Origin: Diplonema japonicum
Taxonomy: Eukaryota; Protista; Euglenozoa: Diplonemea
Reading direction: 5' to 3'
Assembly (NCBI GenBank): GCA_964019335.1
Contig: OZ025714.1
Coordinates: forward strand, 248,001 to 312,000
DNA length: 64,000 bases
Shown: positions 31,271-42,037 of the stretch, one piece after another
Numbering within the stretch: the stretch's first letter is position 1
Layout of the letters: each line of letters opens with the position of its first letter
The notes under the pieces: generated by a model
Databases searched by the model: none
Told to the model about the DNA's origin: nothing
Seen by the model: only the letters and a program-made list of their open reading frames with translations
Made by a program: the position numbers and the translations under genes

Positions 31271-33014
31271 TCATTTCCTAGAACTTGGGGTATCCGGAGA
31301 CTCCGACAACCCATCAAATGAAGCACTGGACAGAGGAGTAAGAGGGGACACGGGCTCATAAAATGAAGCAGGAAGATATGAAGAGTTAGGGAGGCCTGGA
31401 GAAGGTGGTTTTAACGAAAGCACCGCCGGTGTAGACGACGCTTGTCTGATGGCCTGCGAGCGAACCCACAAATCCTTGTGGGCCACGACAGAGGACAGAG
31501 GCGTGACCCCTCTAGTATTCTTCTCCAAATCTGTTACAGAAGGAGCCGCCCATTTCCCAATTGCCATCGATGTATAGACCATCATAGCTGATATCTGCCG
31601 TTCCTTCACACAGTCCGCAGCAAGGTTAACCCCACTGTAAGGGCTGACGGCGAACGGGCGTTTTTTAACATTCCCCTCTTTGTTGTTGTTGTCCATGTTG
31701 ATGGCATGCTCTGTCCAGTCCCATTTCCCGTAGGTTTCAAGCGTCTTGTTCAATAAAGCCGACGCGAATTCAGCTGCAGTGTCGTGTTTAGGCAGTGTTT
31801 GGGCTTGCTTGGCTACCATTAGTGCCACGACAGTGCCGGACAACCCCCCGCGGATCGCACCGTCGAGGTTTGATTGAGACAGGATGATTCTCACAACCAA
31901 GGCGACTGCGCGTGATGCACCGTCCATTGTGTCCATGCGCCTTTTCAGGTTGTGCACGAGTCGTCGTTCGGACGAGACGTCAGCCTCGAAGACGATTCTC
32001 CCGTTGCGGTTGTGCGCGATGCCCCTCCCGTCGTCTGTTATGCTGGCGGGGTGTCCGGCATCGTTCAGGCATTGTACTATGTACTGCAACCCGTCCCTGC
32101 CTTCAACGGACCACCCCTCCACCACCATGTCGATCCCGCTTGTGGGGAGCGCGATTCCCACACCGCAGCTTCCGATGAACTTCACTGTTGAATGCACGCA
32201 AATTGTCGCGACGGCCTGTTGTGAACGTGATGGATGGGGCACACAGCATACCTGCTGCAAAATTCTCCTCAAATTGTTCCGCATGGCGAGCTCGTCTACG
32301 GTCGGGGCGAGGAACACCCCGAAGGCGATGACCTCTTCCCCGAGCGTCACACCGTCGTGAAGGGAGACGTTGCGGATCCATGGTGTTGAGACGCGTTCTT
32401 TTTTTTTTTTTTTTTTTTCTTTCTCCCCCTTTCTTTTTAAATGTGACCATACCAGGGTAAGGACTGGAGCATTTCGAGTACGAGTTCCTATCCGCATCGT
32501 CGGCTTGAGAGAAGCAGCTGTTGGTAGGCGACACTGGGGGCTGGACAGGAGACCATGGCCTTGACGGTGGGGTGTTAGGCAAGGACACAGGGTCTGCAGT
32601 CAAGAACATCCCAGAACAGTCGAGCGACAGTGTCCGCTTCCACCCGCCTCGGGGCGGCACCTCATTCGAGCAAACGGACGCTCCGTCGTCAAGCCCCAAT
32701 GTTGAGGAACAAGGCGACAGTGTGGGGGACCTCGGCGACCTCGGAGACCTAGGTGAAAGAGGGTACATCCTGCCTTGAGAGCTACCCAGAGACAGACAAC
32801 TCCCCGTCCTGTGCAGCGACCCTGACTCCATCGAATATGTAGAAGTAGGCGACCTTGCCGGTCTGTTAGGAGGCGACACCGATATCATGGGAGCAGTGAC
32901 ATCAATGGGCGGGCTGACTGTTAATGCCCCCGGCCGCACCCTCCTCTTGTGAGATCTCGGCTTCTCGTGTGTCCTCATGATGGGGGTGCCGTAATCTGCA
33001 CACAACATTGACAT
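31271..33014 (-). CDS. TRF4/PAPD5-like non-canonical nucleotidyltransferase, likely inactive; 2 introns, 550 aa
   Basis: FIGS..GIALPTSGIDMVV, RAVALVVR, GGLSG, P.SG.N; Ser/Pro-rich N-terminus joined through intron 32398-32452. Confidence 0.75.
32216..32251 (-). other. Probable GT-AG intron, 36 nt, in frame
   Basis: GTATGC...CAACAG; removal gives the usual short spacing before the GS motif. Confidence 0.65.
32398..32452 (-). other. GT-AG intron, 55 nt, G-run plus poly(A) into AG
   Basis: GTATGG...GGGGGAGAAAG A19 AG; joins the two overlapping ORFs as PYP-E-RVSTPW. Confidence 0.85.
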
Positions 33015-33089
33015 TTTTTTTCCCCCTTTTTTTTTTTTTTTTTTCTTGTGTCTCCACCCCCTTGTTTTCTTTTCCTGATTTCGCGGAAC

Positions 33090-33135
<46 letters not shown>

Positions 33136-33148
33136 CTCCAAATAACGT

Positions 33149-36010
33149 TCACTTTGGAAACAGAAACTCCATTACAGCGTTCTTCAAGGCGAATCCATCG
33201 AACTCGGTATTAGTGTTGAGACGCGGTATCGCCATGTTCGCGGCCATCTTGCGGAGGATGGAGGTGCCCCTCGCTTGGTCCTTCAGAACCATGCCCAGCA
33301 CTTCGTTAAAACCCCATTCGAAAATCTGGTCGTAAAAGTACCTGCACCTGAGATGGTGCATTGTCAGCACTTTGAGCCATTCGGGGACGGCCTGTTCCCA
33401 CAAACCAAGCTGTTCTCGAAAGGCGGTTGTGAAGTTCTTTGCTTTGGCCGACGACGCTACCATCGGGAAGCATCCTTCATACACCACAGAAAGATTCAAC
33501 ACAGGCACGAGAGAAGCGTCATCGCAGTACTTACAAGCATGGATCCATTTTTTAACACAATCTGGGGCATGATGGATAGCATCTGTTTCCCATTGGGAAT
33601 ATTCGGTGCAGGAGGTGTAAATGTATTGAAATGTGTCCCGTGTTAAGGGTGTAGAATTGATGGTTTTTTCAAACCTCCATGTCCCTGCTTTGAGCACGCC
33701 CCACAGTATGAAGTCGACCAGCGTCTTCTTCTGCAGCTCCCCGTGAACCTTCGGAAAAATGAGCCCTTGCAAAACCCACTTCTCCTCCACGTTTATAAGC
33801 TTCGATCCGATTTGAGCCAAGACCTGATCGACATATTCAAAAGAATCGGCGTTTGCTATGAGACTGTTCTCAGTGAATGCAATGACAGCTTGTGAAACGG
33901 GAGGTGGTCCTGCAGGCATGGTGTCGATGGTAGGCCGGGGAGGTGGAACTACTTGTACGTTCAACGCGTGCCCAACGCAGTCCTGCTTCGGAAGAGGGCA
34001 TTTGTATGCTCTGGAAAGTCTGTTGGGGTTTGTTCTTTGCTTTGAAAGCTCTTGTTTTCGTCGAGCGTCGCTGCAGCCTAGCTTCACAGGCTCCTGCTTC
34101 CTTTTCGACGCGACACCGCACTCTCCTTCGTCTGAGTACTGGTTCACAATGTGTGTCATCTTTATTTCGGACAACCTCATGGCATATTCATCTAGCTCGA
34201 GCTCTTCAACGCGAAGTAGTTCGGAGTGCGTGCTGGCAGATACAATGAGCGGGGTGGCTTCCATCGTGAGCTTTGCCACCCTCTCCATTACATGATCCAT
34301 TGAAAGAATCTCCTGATCGACGGGGCGAGCCAGTGACGGCTGGTAATCAAGCTTATCGGTAATCGACCGTGAAGAGTTTAACACGAAATTGTCTCTAGTC
34401 GCTGTTGTGTCGTCGATGAGCCTCTTGTGGATCCAATCCTTTTTTAGCATTTTGTCCAGCATCAAGGTTGTTTCCAACGTACCGTCTGCCACAAGCTGAT
34501 ACGCGAAAACGGGTTTTTTCTGACCTAAACGGTATGTTCTGAACACTGCTTGCTGGGTGTCTGCGAGCGTCCATGTTGGTTCGAGGAGGATGACCCTTGA
34601 CGCCTTTGTCAGTGTCAGCCCGACACCCCCTACACCGATCGTGAGTAACAACACGTCGATCTCACCTTTTTGAAACTCTTGTACCATGTTTCCCCGATTT
34701 TCTGCTGTGTCCTTGCCCGACATCACCAACGCGGTCCTGCATATCCCGTTTCCCAAAAGGTACAGCTTGAGGTTTTCTAATACGGTTGGGTACCTGGAGA
34801 AGATCAGCGTTCTCTCTTCTAGTTTAACGGCCTCTTGAACAATCTGTTTCGTCACCAAGATCTTCGGTGACAGTTGTTCCCAGTCGGCCGTGTGGCCGTC
34901 CTCCGGTGTGGGCGACATCCACGCTGCCTGTTGAGACGAATAAGAAGCGTACTCGGGAAACCACTCCAAGTGCGTCCCCATTAAAAAAGAAGGATGGTAG
35001 CTGATTTGGTGCGACGTGAAACAAGCGGCGATCGCGTTCTTCCCGCCTTGTTCTTTTAATGCGGAGTTTTCAGTTACGTAGGTGGCGTACCTGCTGTAAA
35101 GGCTCGCTTGGAGCGACGAGAGGCGGAGCTTGCAGATGTAATGTGTTAAAGCGGGTAGTTCAGCATCAACATTCCTGGCGAGAGACCGTCGGTGTATAAT
35201 GGGCCTGGTGACATTGATAAACGTGTTGGCTCTACTATGCGTCTCGGCTACTTCCCATTCCGAGGCGCTGTTGCGGAGGGAATTGACAACCGGTTGAAGG
35301 AACTTATCCAGCTCAGAAGTGTTGTAGTAGTTTGGGCGGACGAAATCGATTAATGTTAGAACGTCTTCCTTGGCGTTCATCAAGGGCGTGCCTGTAATGG
35401 CGACGCGGAGTTCTGTTTTGAACTCACGGCAAGCTTCGTGTGTCGAGGTTTTCACATTCTTTACCTTCTGCGATTCATCAAAGACTGCAACGTCGGTCAT
35501 GCCGAACAAAACGCGTTTCATGAAGATTTCTTCCGTCTCGGTTTTTTCGGTGTTGGCCAGCTTGCTGTACGTTGTAAGCAGCACCCCGCCTATCATTCTC
35601 CACTTTGTTAGGACGTCCAGCCGTTCTTCAACAGTCTGCGTGCTAACGAACCTGTAGAGTTTCATCGCAGGGAACCATTTCTTCGCCTCCTCCTCCCACG
35701 TTAGGACCAGCGTGTTGGGCAGCACCGCTGTGAACATGCGGGCTAGGTTCGCGTTCGTCATCCCCCAGAACAGCGACAATACCTGTCTTGTTTTACCTAA
35801 ACCCATCTCGTGCGCCAACAGGCAGCCTTTCTTATCCACAGCGATGCACTTCCACATGAACCCAATCCCTTCTAGTTGATGTCGTTTCAAACCCTGCTGC
35901 TCATCGTCTGAAAGATGCACCTTCCAACCTTCATGTCTTGGCTCTTCTGTTGGCTTTTCTGAATCGTTGTTTTCGGGAAGCTTGCCCATTATGTTGCGTT
36001 TTCGCTTCAT
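33149..36010 (-). CDS. SNF2-family ATPase, ATRX/Rad54-like group (paralogue A)
   Basis: HQLEG, LAHEMGLGKT, DESQ, TGTP, GVGLTL, QAVFRTYRLGQ. Confidence 0.9.
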   Translation of the reverse strand: MKRKRNIMGKLPENNDSEKPTEEPRHEGWKVHLSDDEQQGLKRHQLEGIGFMWKCIAVDKKGCLLAHEMGLGKTRQVLSLFWGMTNANLARMFTAVLPNTLVLTWEEEAKKWFPAMKLYRFVSTQTVEERLDVLTKWRMIGGVLLTTYSKLANTEKTETEEIFMKRVLFGMTDVAVFDESQKVKNVKTSTHEACREFKTELRVAITGTPLMNAKEDVLTLIDFVRPNYYNTSELDKFLQPVVNSLRNSASEWEVAETHSRANTFINVTRPIIHRRSLARNVDAELPALTHYICKLRLSSLQASLYSRYATYVTENSALKEQGGKNAIAACFTSHQISYHPSFLMGTHLEWFPEYASYSSQQAAWMSPTPEDGHTADWEQLSPKILVTKQIVQEAVKLEERTLIFSRYPTVLENLKLYLLGNGICRTALVMSGKDTAENRGNMVQEFQKGEIDVLLLTIGVGGVGLTLTKASRVILLEPTWTLADTQQAVFRTYRLGQKKPVFAYQLVADGTLETTLMLDKMLKKDWIHKRLIDDTTATRDNFVLNSSRSITDKLDYQPSLARPVDQEILSMDHVMERVAKLTMEATPLIVSASTHSELLRVEELELDEYAMRLSEIKMTHIVNQYSDEGECGVASKRKQEPVKLGCSDARRKQELSKQRTNPNRLSRAYKCPLPKQDCVGHALNVQVVPPPRPTIDTMPAGPPPVSQAVIAFTENSLIANADSFEYVDQVLAQIGSKLINVEEKWVLQGLIFPKVHGELQKKTLVDFILWGVLKAGTWRFEKTINSTPLTRDTFQYIYTSCTEYSQWETDAIHHAPDCVKKWIHACKYCDDASLVPVLNLSVVYEGCFPMVASSAKAKNFTTAFREQLGLWEQAVPEWLKVLTMHHLRCRYFYDQIFEWGFNEVLGMVLKDQARGTSILRKMAANMAIPRLNTNTEFDGFALKNAVMEFLFPK

Positions 36011-36084
36011 TTTTTTTTCTTCTTTTTTCTTCTTCCCTGTGTAATTTCCTTTTTTTAAAGGAGAAAAAAGAGGAGAAAAAAATG

Positions 36085-38958
36085 CTAGCTTGTTTCCTGT
36101 GGGACCAGGATTCTCCCTATTATTCTCTTCAGAACAGCGCCGTCAAATTCTTGCTCCGCGTTCGGGATCGCCATGCTCGCGGCGATCCTGCGTAGGATGG
36201 AGGTGCCCCTTTTGTAGTCTTGCAGCACCATGGACAGTACTTCGTCGAAACCCCATTCGAAAACTTGAACAATAAAATGCCTGCACCGAAGATGCACGTA
36301 CGTCAAGATTTTGAGCCATTCAGGAATGGCCGGCTCCCACAGACCGAGCTTCTCTCGGAAGGCGGCTGTGAAGTTTTTGATTTGCGGTGTCGACGATATT
36401 GTGGGGAAGCAAGCTTCGTACAGTTCGGACAGGTTCAACGTAGCCGCAAACGAGGTATCGTTAAGATCGCAGATTTTGACCCATTCCTTGACATGGGCCG
36501 GGGCGAATCTTTCGACATCTGCCCGCCATTGGTCATACCCGTGCTTGCCCCGCATGTCTTGAAGAGTTTTCCATGTAACTGATGTTGCAACGGCGTTTTG
36601 AAACCTCCACGACCCTGCACGGATCGCGCTCCACATGATGAAATCGACCAAGACCTTCCTGTCGAAATCGCCGACAAGCTTGGGGAAGACCAGCCCTTGC
36701 AACACCCATCTATCCTCAACATTGATCAACATTCTACCTATCTCAGCTATCACAATGTTGACATCTCTATGTGACTGCGACTGCTGGAAAATACGCGTAG
36801 CAACATTGTCAACTTCGTGTTGCGGAACTGGCGTGGGAGCAGGCTTAACCGGGTCAACACGACGAGGGGGCGGAAGAGGAGGAGGAGGACGACTCGGTTT
36901 CTGTTTGGTTTTCCCATCTAAGTTGGAAAGTCTTGTCACAGGTACACCGTTGCCGCTGCCACCTTTACCACCCCGGCCAGGCTGACTACCTCCAGGACCG
37001 AGTTTGAAGGGAACCTTTTGTTGCATCTTCTGAGCACGGACTATCCAGTCGCCTTCGTTCCCCACAAATGCGTTTAATCCAGTATGGTTCGGGTTCGAAA
37101 ACTGCTTCTCCATATGCGCGAAACGTTTCGCACGGCTTTCAGCATATTCATCCAGTTCCGGCTCCACTTGTTTCAACAGTTCCGTGTGGGTGCTTGCAGA
37201 GATGACGAGAGTTGTGTTGTCGATGGTTAGCTTTGACAGTTTGGACATGATGTGATCGAGCGATAGGATGCTCGGTTCGACGGGGAGTGCCTTTGAAGGC
37301 TGGTATGAACGCTTTGACATCATAGATTGAACCGCTTGTTCCGCAAGGTTTTCGGTGGTTGCCGTCTCGTTTTCAACGAGACGTTTGTGGACCCAATCCT
37401 TCTTCAGCATGTGGGCTAAAAGTACTGACGACTCCACTGTTCCATCAGCTACGAGTTGATACGCGTAGACAGGTTTGGTTTGTCCCAACCGGTACGCCCT
37501 GAACACCGCTTGCTGTGTCTTTGCAAGGTTCCATGTTGGTTCGAGGAGGATAACCCTTGTCGCTGCTGTCAATGTCAGCCCGACACCCCCTACACCAATC
37601 GTGAGTAACAACACATCGATCTCACCTTTTTGAAACGATCTTATGATATTGTTGCGGACTTCTGGAGTGTACTGAGCCTCGCCGGACATTACCATTGCGG
37701 ACCTGCACACCCCTGTTCCCAACAAATATTCCCTGAGGTTGTGCAGAATGTCCGGGAATGTTGAGAAAATCAACGTTCTCTCCTCCAACTTAACAGCCTC
37801 TTGAACAATCTGCTTCGCCATTAAAATCTTCGGGGACAGCTGTTCCCACCCAGACTTGTTGTTCTCGTTCGGCGTGGGAGAAAGCCATTTCAAGTACTGA
37901 TTCACATATGAAGGCCATTCTTCGAACCATTCCAACGTTCGATCTAAGAGCATGGAAGGGTGGTATGTGATTTGATGTACAGCGGGAAGTGATGAAATTG
38001 TCTGGCTTCCCTTTTCTTTTCTTGCTGCATCGGGGGTGGTACATCTGGTGTAGAGGCTTGCCTGTACTGGGGACAATCGGACCTTACAGATGAAATGGTT
38101 TAGAGGAGGCAGTTCTACGTTGATATTCTTCGCGGAACGCCTGTGAATAATGTGCTTGGTAGCGCGGACGAATGCATCCGCCCGACCGTGGATTTCATTG
38201 ATCTCAAACTCCGGAATGTGCGCACGCAGGCTGTCGGAAACGGGTTTTAAAAATCTTTGCAATTCAGTGGTGTTGTAATAGTTCGGGCGGACAAAATCTA
38301 TCAACGTCAAGACATCGTCCTTGCTGTTCACCAACGGCGTGCCTGTGATGGCCACACGAAGCTCTGTTTTGAACGCACGGCATGCTAAGCTTGTAATGGA
38401 CTTCTGGTTGTGGATGATATGCGATTCGTCGACCGCAACAACCTCTGTTGCGTTCAAGAGTATGTTGTGAAAGGCAAGCTCCTCTTTTGTTTTTGGTTCG
38501 TCTTTCTCTTTCTTTTGAATTTGTCCCAAGCTCGCTGAGATTCTGCTGTATGAGGTTAGAAGCAATCCTCCTCCGGACTTCCATTGTTCAAGCGATTTTA
38601 CACGGGCTTCGGGGTTTTGGGAGCTTTCGTATCTAAAGACGCTAGTTACTGGGAACCATTTTTTCGCTTCGTCCTCCCAGTTTTTGATGAGCCCCACTGG
38701 AAGTACCGCTGTGAATAGTTTGGCTTTTTCCGCCTTTGCCATTCCCTGAAACAGCGCCAAAATCTGTCTTGTTTTCCCCAAACCCATCTCGTGGGCTAGG
38801 ATGCAACCTTTCTTATCGATCGCGATGCACTTCCACATGAAGCTGATGCCTTCTACTTGGTGCTCTCTTAAGCCCTGCTGTTCGGGGTCGGAGAGATGTT
38901 TCTTCCAGCCGTCATTACTCGGCTCTGGGAGGGGTGCTGCCTCGTGCTTGCGTTTCAT
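36085..38958 (-). CDS. SNF2-family ATPase, ATRX/Rad54-like group (paralogue B)
   Basis: HQVEG, LAHEMGLGKT, DESH, TGTP, QAVFRAYRLGQ; collinear with paralogue A. Confidence 0.9.
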   Translation of the reverse strand: MKRKHEAAPLPEPSNDGWKKHLSDPEQQGLREHQVEGISFMWKCIAIDKKGCILAHEMGLGKTRQILALFQGMAKAEKAKLFTAVLPVGLIKNWEDEAKKWFPVTSVFRYESSQNPEARVKSLEQWKSGGGLLLTSYSRISASLGQIQKKEKDEPKTKEELAFHNILLNATEVVAVDESHIIHNQKSITSLACRAFKTELRVAITGTPLVNSKDDVLTLIDFVRPNYYNTTELQRFLKPVSDSLRAHIPEFEINEIHGRADAFVRATKHIIHRRSAKNINVELPPLNHFICKVRLSPVQASLYTRCTTPDAARKEKGSQTISSLPAVHQITYHPSMLLDRTLEWFEEWPSYVNQYLKWLSPTPNENNKSGWEQLSPKILMAKQIVQEAVKLEERTLIFSTFPDILHNLREYLLGTGVCRSAMVMSGEAQYTPEVRNNIIRSFQKGEIDVLLLTIGVGGVGLTLTAATRVILLEPTWNLAKTQQAVFRAYRLGQTKPVYAYQLVADGTVESSVLLAHMLKKDWVHKRLVENETATTENLAEQAVQSMMSKRSYQPSKALPVEPSILSLDHIMSKLSKLTIDNTTLVISASTHTELLKQVEPELDEYAESRAKRFAHMEKQFSNPNHTGLNAFVGNEGDWIVRAQKMQQKVPFKLGPGGSQPGRGGKGGSGNGVPVTRLSNLDGKTKQKPSRPPPPLPPPRRVDPVKPAPTPVPQHEVDNVATRIFQQSQSHRDVNIVIAEIGRMLINVEDRWVLQGLVFPKLVGDFDRKVLVDFIMWSAIRAGSWRFQNAVATSVTWKTLQDMRGKHGYDQWRADVERFAPAHVKEWVKICDLNDTSFAATLNLSELYEACFPTISSTPQIKNFTAAFREKLGLWEPAIPEWLKILTYVHLRCRHFIVQVFEWGFDEVLSMVLQDYKRGTSILRRIAASMAIPNAEQEFDGAVLKRIIGRILVPQETS

Positions 38959-39215
38959 GTTGTCGATTGCTTGCTTCGCTTTCTTATTCTTTTGTGTTGT
39001 TTTGATGATAGATGGGTTTGGGGCACCTCCTTTCCCCCCTTTTTTTTTGTTTTTCTTATTTTTGTCTCTCTTATTTTTTTCCCATTTCTTTTTCCTGGGA
39101 GGGGTCTTCTTTTGTTCTTACAAATACGAAAAAAAAAGGGGGGGGGGAAACACTTCTAAAATATTTCGGGAGGATATGATGGAAATAAAAAAAGGAAAGA
39201 GAAAAACTACAAAAA

Positions 39216-39388
39216 CACGGTAAGCAAAATCATAACTCACCAAACACGAGTGCCGTGAATGGTGGAGGTCGAAAGTGGTTTCCGTGGATGGTGGACAAAA
39301 TATTTTGAAAAACCAGTTTGGTGGATTTTTTTTTCGAGTTATCGTAAAATCTGGAAAGCGTGGAAAAATCCAAAATTCGCATACCGTG
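39216..39388. mobile_element. Candidate MITE with CAC...GTG ends
   Basis: Imperfect inverted ends CACGGTAAGCAAAAT / AATTCGCATACCGTG; no clear TSD. Confidence 0.45.
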
Positions 39389-39521
39389 TAAGTAGTTTTT
39401 TTTTTTTTTTCTTCAAAAAAGATGATGAACCGTTGTCTGTGTTACGTGTCCGGAGGGTCTCATAACCCGCGAAAGAATGAAAAAAAAACCCCCCACACAC
39501 ATTTGTTTCATCGTTCATAGC

Positions 39522-39726
39522 ATCCAGGGTTAACCGATCACCCACGGGTTTTTAATTACAGTCGGTTTTAAATTGAAGTCAATGGAAAGGCGAGCATGCA
39601 ACCATGCTTAAAACCCTTAAATTCGTATCCCGGGCCATCAAAACGACTTAGAAAAATAAATCAAGATAAACCCATCATTAACCCGACTGTGATCGAAAAT
39701 CTAAAATTGATCGGTTAACCCTGGAT
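39522..39726. mobile_element. MITE (205 bp)
   Basis: Perfect 19-bp inverted repeat ATCCAGGGTTAACCGATCA; inner inverted ACAGTCGG/CCGACTGT; terminus recurs at 22613. Confidence 0.75.
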
Positions 39727-39810
39727 ACCATGATAGTTCTTGCGAAAAAAGAAAGGGGGAGGGGGTGACGAGAAAGAAAAAAAAAACGGGGAGGGGGGAA
39801 ATATTATAAT

Positions 39811-41904
39811 CTAGGGCTTGAGGCAAACGCTCCTGCTCAGTTCACAGTACGTTTTTTTAAGGCTGCCGTTTAGTTCACAAAGCGCGGCCTCCGTTGATCT
39901 GCACGAGTGTGTGTTTCAAAAAAAAAAAAAAAAAAAAAAAAATCACCCATACCTGTCGGCTGCCTCATCTCGTTTATTTGCAAGTTTGATACTCTCTTCC
40001 CATCTAATGTAATTTTTTTTTTTTTTCCCCCTTCCAACTCCATACTGTTGAGATTGTGCAACGTTTTGAGCCGGCTTGAGTACCGACGGTGGGACCTCGA
40101 GCTTCACCTCACCAGGGAACATTACAACCCATGTGGGGGAGTTTTTATCCGACTGCAGTAAAACACAGTCCTTACCAGCAAACACCTCATACGGAGCAGA
40201 AGTGAGCCCAGCTTCGTAAAGATGCGCCCTGAGGGCTCCTAGAGAAGGCTCAAGCGTGAACCGAGGCAAGTAAGGCGTCGAAAAGGGAAGAAGAGTGGCA
40301 TTGATGGCAGAGGTGACGGAGGAGGGGTGAATGAAGGTAGGAGAGGTGATTTTACTTCTGAGGCGTTGAACTCTCGCAAGCAGCGATTTTGATTTGGACA
40401 CCGCGAAGGCTTCCATGTCAACACTGTGGCGGTGCGCCTCGATTTGAAGCATTTCTGCGTCTTTTAATTCTTTTTTGACACACCGGGACAGGTCCTCCAC
40501 AACCCCTTCCACTCTGCCGACCGCCATGTTCCCCATCTTCAGAAAACTTACAGCGTCCTCCAAACCAAGGTCGGTGGGTGTGTTCAGCAATGTTGTTAAA
40601 TTCTTGACCATTCGAATTTTCATCGCTTGGTTTGTGGTGGCCTTGTCCGCCCACGATTCCCATGCCGCAGGAGCACACGGCAGTTCGACCTTGCTCCCCT
40701 TTCTCGTTGATTGCCCGCACTCTTCTACATGGCTTAGAACCAGGAAACACGATGGTATTCTTTGTATCAACTTGCAAATTAGAACAGCGTACTGCTGTTC
40801 AATGTGTAAGTCGGTGAACGGTACGACACCAAGGACCACCTCAGTATTTGATTCGGTAGGGGAGTATACAAGAGGTTTTGCATTGCTCTGCAAGATCTGA
40901 AGGTATTCGGGGCCTTCAAAGCTGATCTTAACCTGCCCGCAGGGATGCACAGCGATGACTGATGAAGCGGTGTTTCCAAACGAGAATCGAGGTTTGTCCA
41001 GGTTAATGTTAATCCCCCACCCTGCCCCGTGCATCGGTAGCGTTTGCAAGCTCGACCCCACGCCGTCTGCCTGGTTCACCTTGAAGATCGTTATGTCTGT
41101 CTCGGTGGATGTTATGATGAATATTTCATTCCCAACCTGTTTTCCGAAAATATCAACAACAGGATTGGGCAGCCTTGCTACTTCGTAGCTAAACGGCACA
41201 TCGATGTGGCCTTCTTCAAGCTCAGTCGGATCTATAGTTAAAAGCATCTCCGAACCCGGAATAGAGTCGTCGTTCTTAATCTTGTTGCGAATTTCATTCG
41301 CAACTTTTACGTCCAGCTTGCTGAAGTCCAAGCTGTCCGACGGGATACACGCCCCGGGAGGCACCACCGGGAGGTGTATATCCAACCTTCCATCCACCGT
41401 TCCCGTAACTAAACAAAACGCTCCCAAATTTTTACCCCCGTGTATAGTTGTGAAGGATAATGTAGGACTGTTCATAGGTAAGGTCACCACACCGTAAAGG
41501 TGACCCGGCATTGTGTTGTAGACAGAGATTAATTGATTGTCGAATAACGCGTATAAATATTCGTCGACAGTCGGGTGCCATTGTGTCTCTGACACACCGA
41601 TGTCTTCATATAGAAGCGATGCCGGGAGTGGGTCTGCAAAGTCGTACTTTCCATCGGGTAGTTCTGCGATTGTACAGCTTCGAATCCCTCTCACCATCAG
41701 GTAGTACCCGTTGCAGCTTACGGAAAGCTCAACGATTTCATCCTCGGCCCAGCTCCCATCGCCTAGTAATATTTCTGTCGGGGTGTCCCACTGTCCATCG
41801 CTAACCACCCACAACGCATCTCCCCTGTGTACCCCCGGACTGCAGTATATTACACTGTCTCCCCAATTTGTCAATAGATTCTGGCGTAGGATTACCCCGC
41901 TCAT
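39811..41904 (-). CDS. Nup88/Nup82-like nucleoporin; 2 introns, 665 aa
   Basis: Beta-rich N-domain with QWHP....LYALFDNQLISVYN resembling Nup88, followed by a helical coiled-coil C-terminus. Confidence 0.6.
39899..39952 (-). other. GT-AG intron, 54 nt, T25
   Basis: GTATGGGTGA T25...GTGCAG; removes a stop and extends the helix R-STEAALCEL. Confidence 0.78.
40004..40045 (-). other. GT-AG intron, 42 nt, G-run plus A14
   Basis: GTATGGAGTTGGAAGGGGG A14 TTACATTAG. Confidence 0.78.
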
Positions 41905-42037
41905 ACTCTTTTTTTTTCCACCCCCCCTTCTCTCTTCCCCCCTCCTTTTTTTTTTTTTTTTAAGGGCGTTGTAGAAGAAAAAAAAAAGGGAAAAAAAAAA
42001 CACTTTTTTTTTTTTTTTGTTTTCAAAAACAACATCA

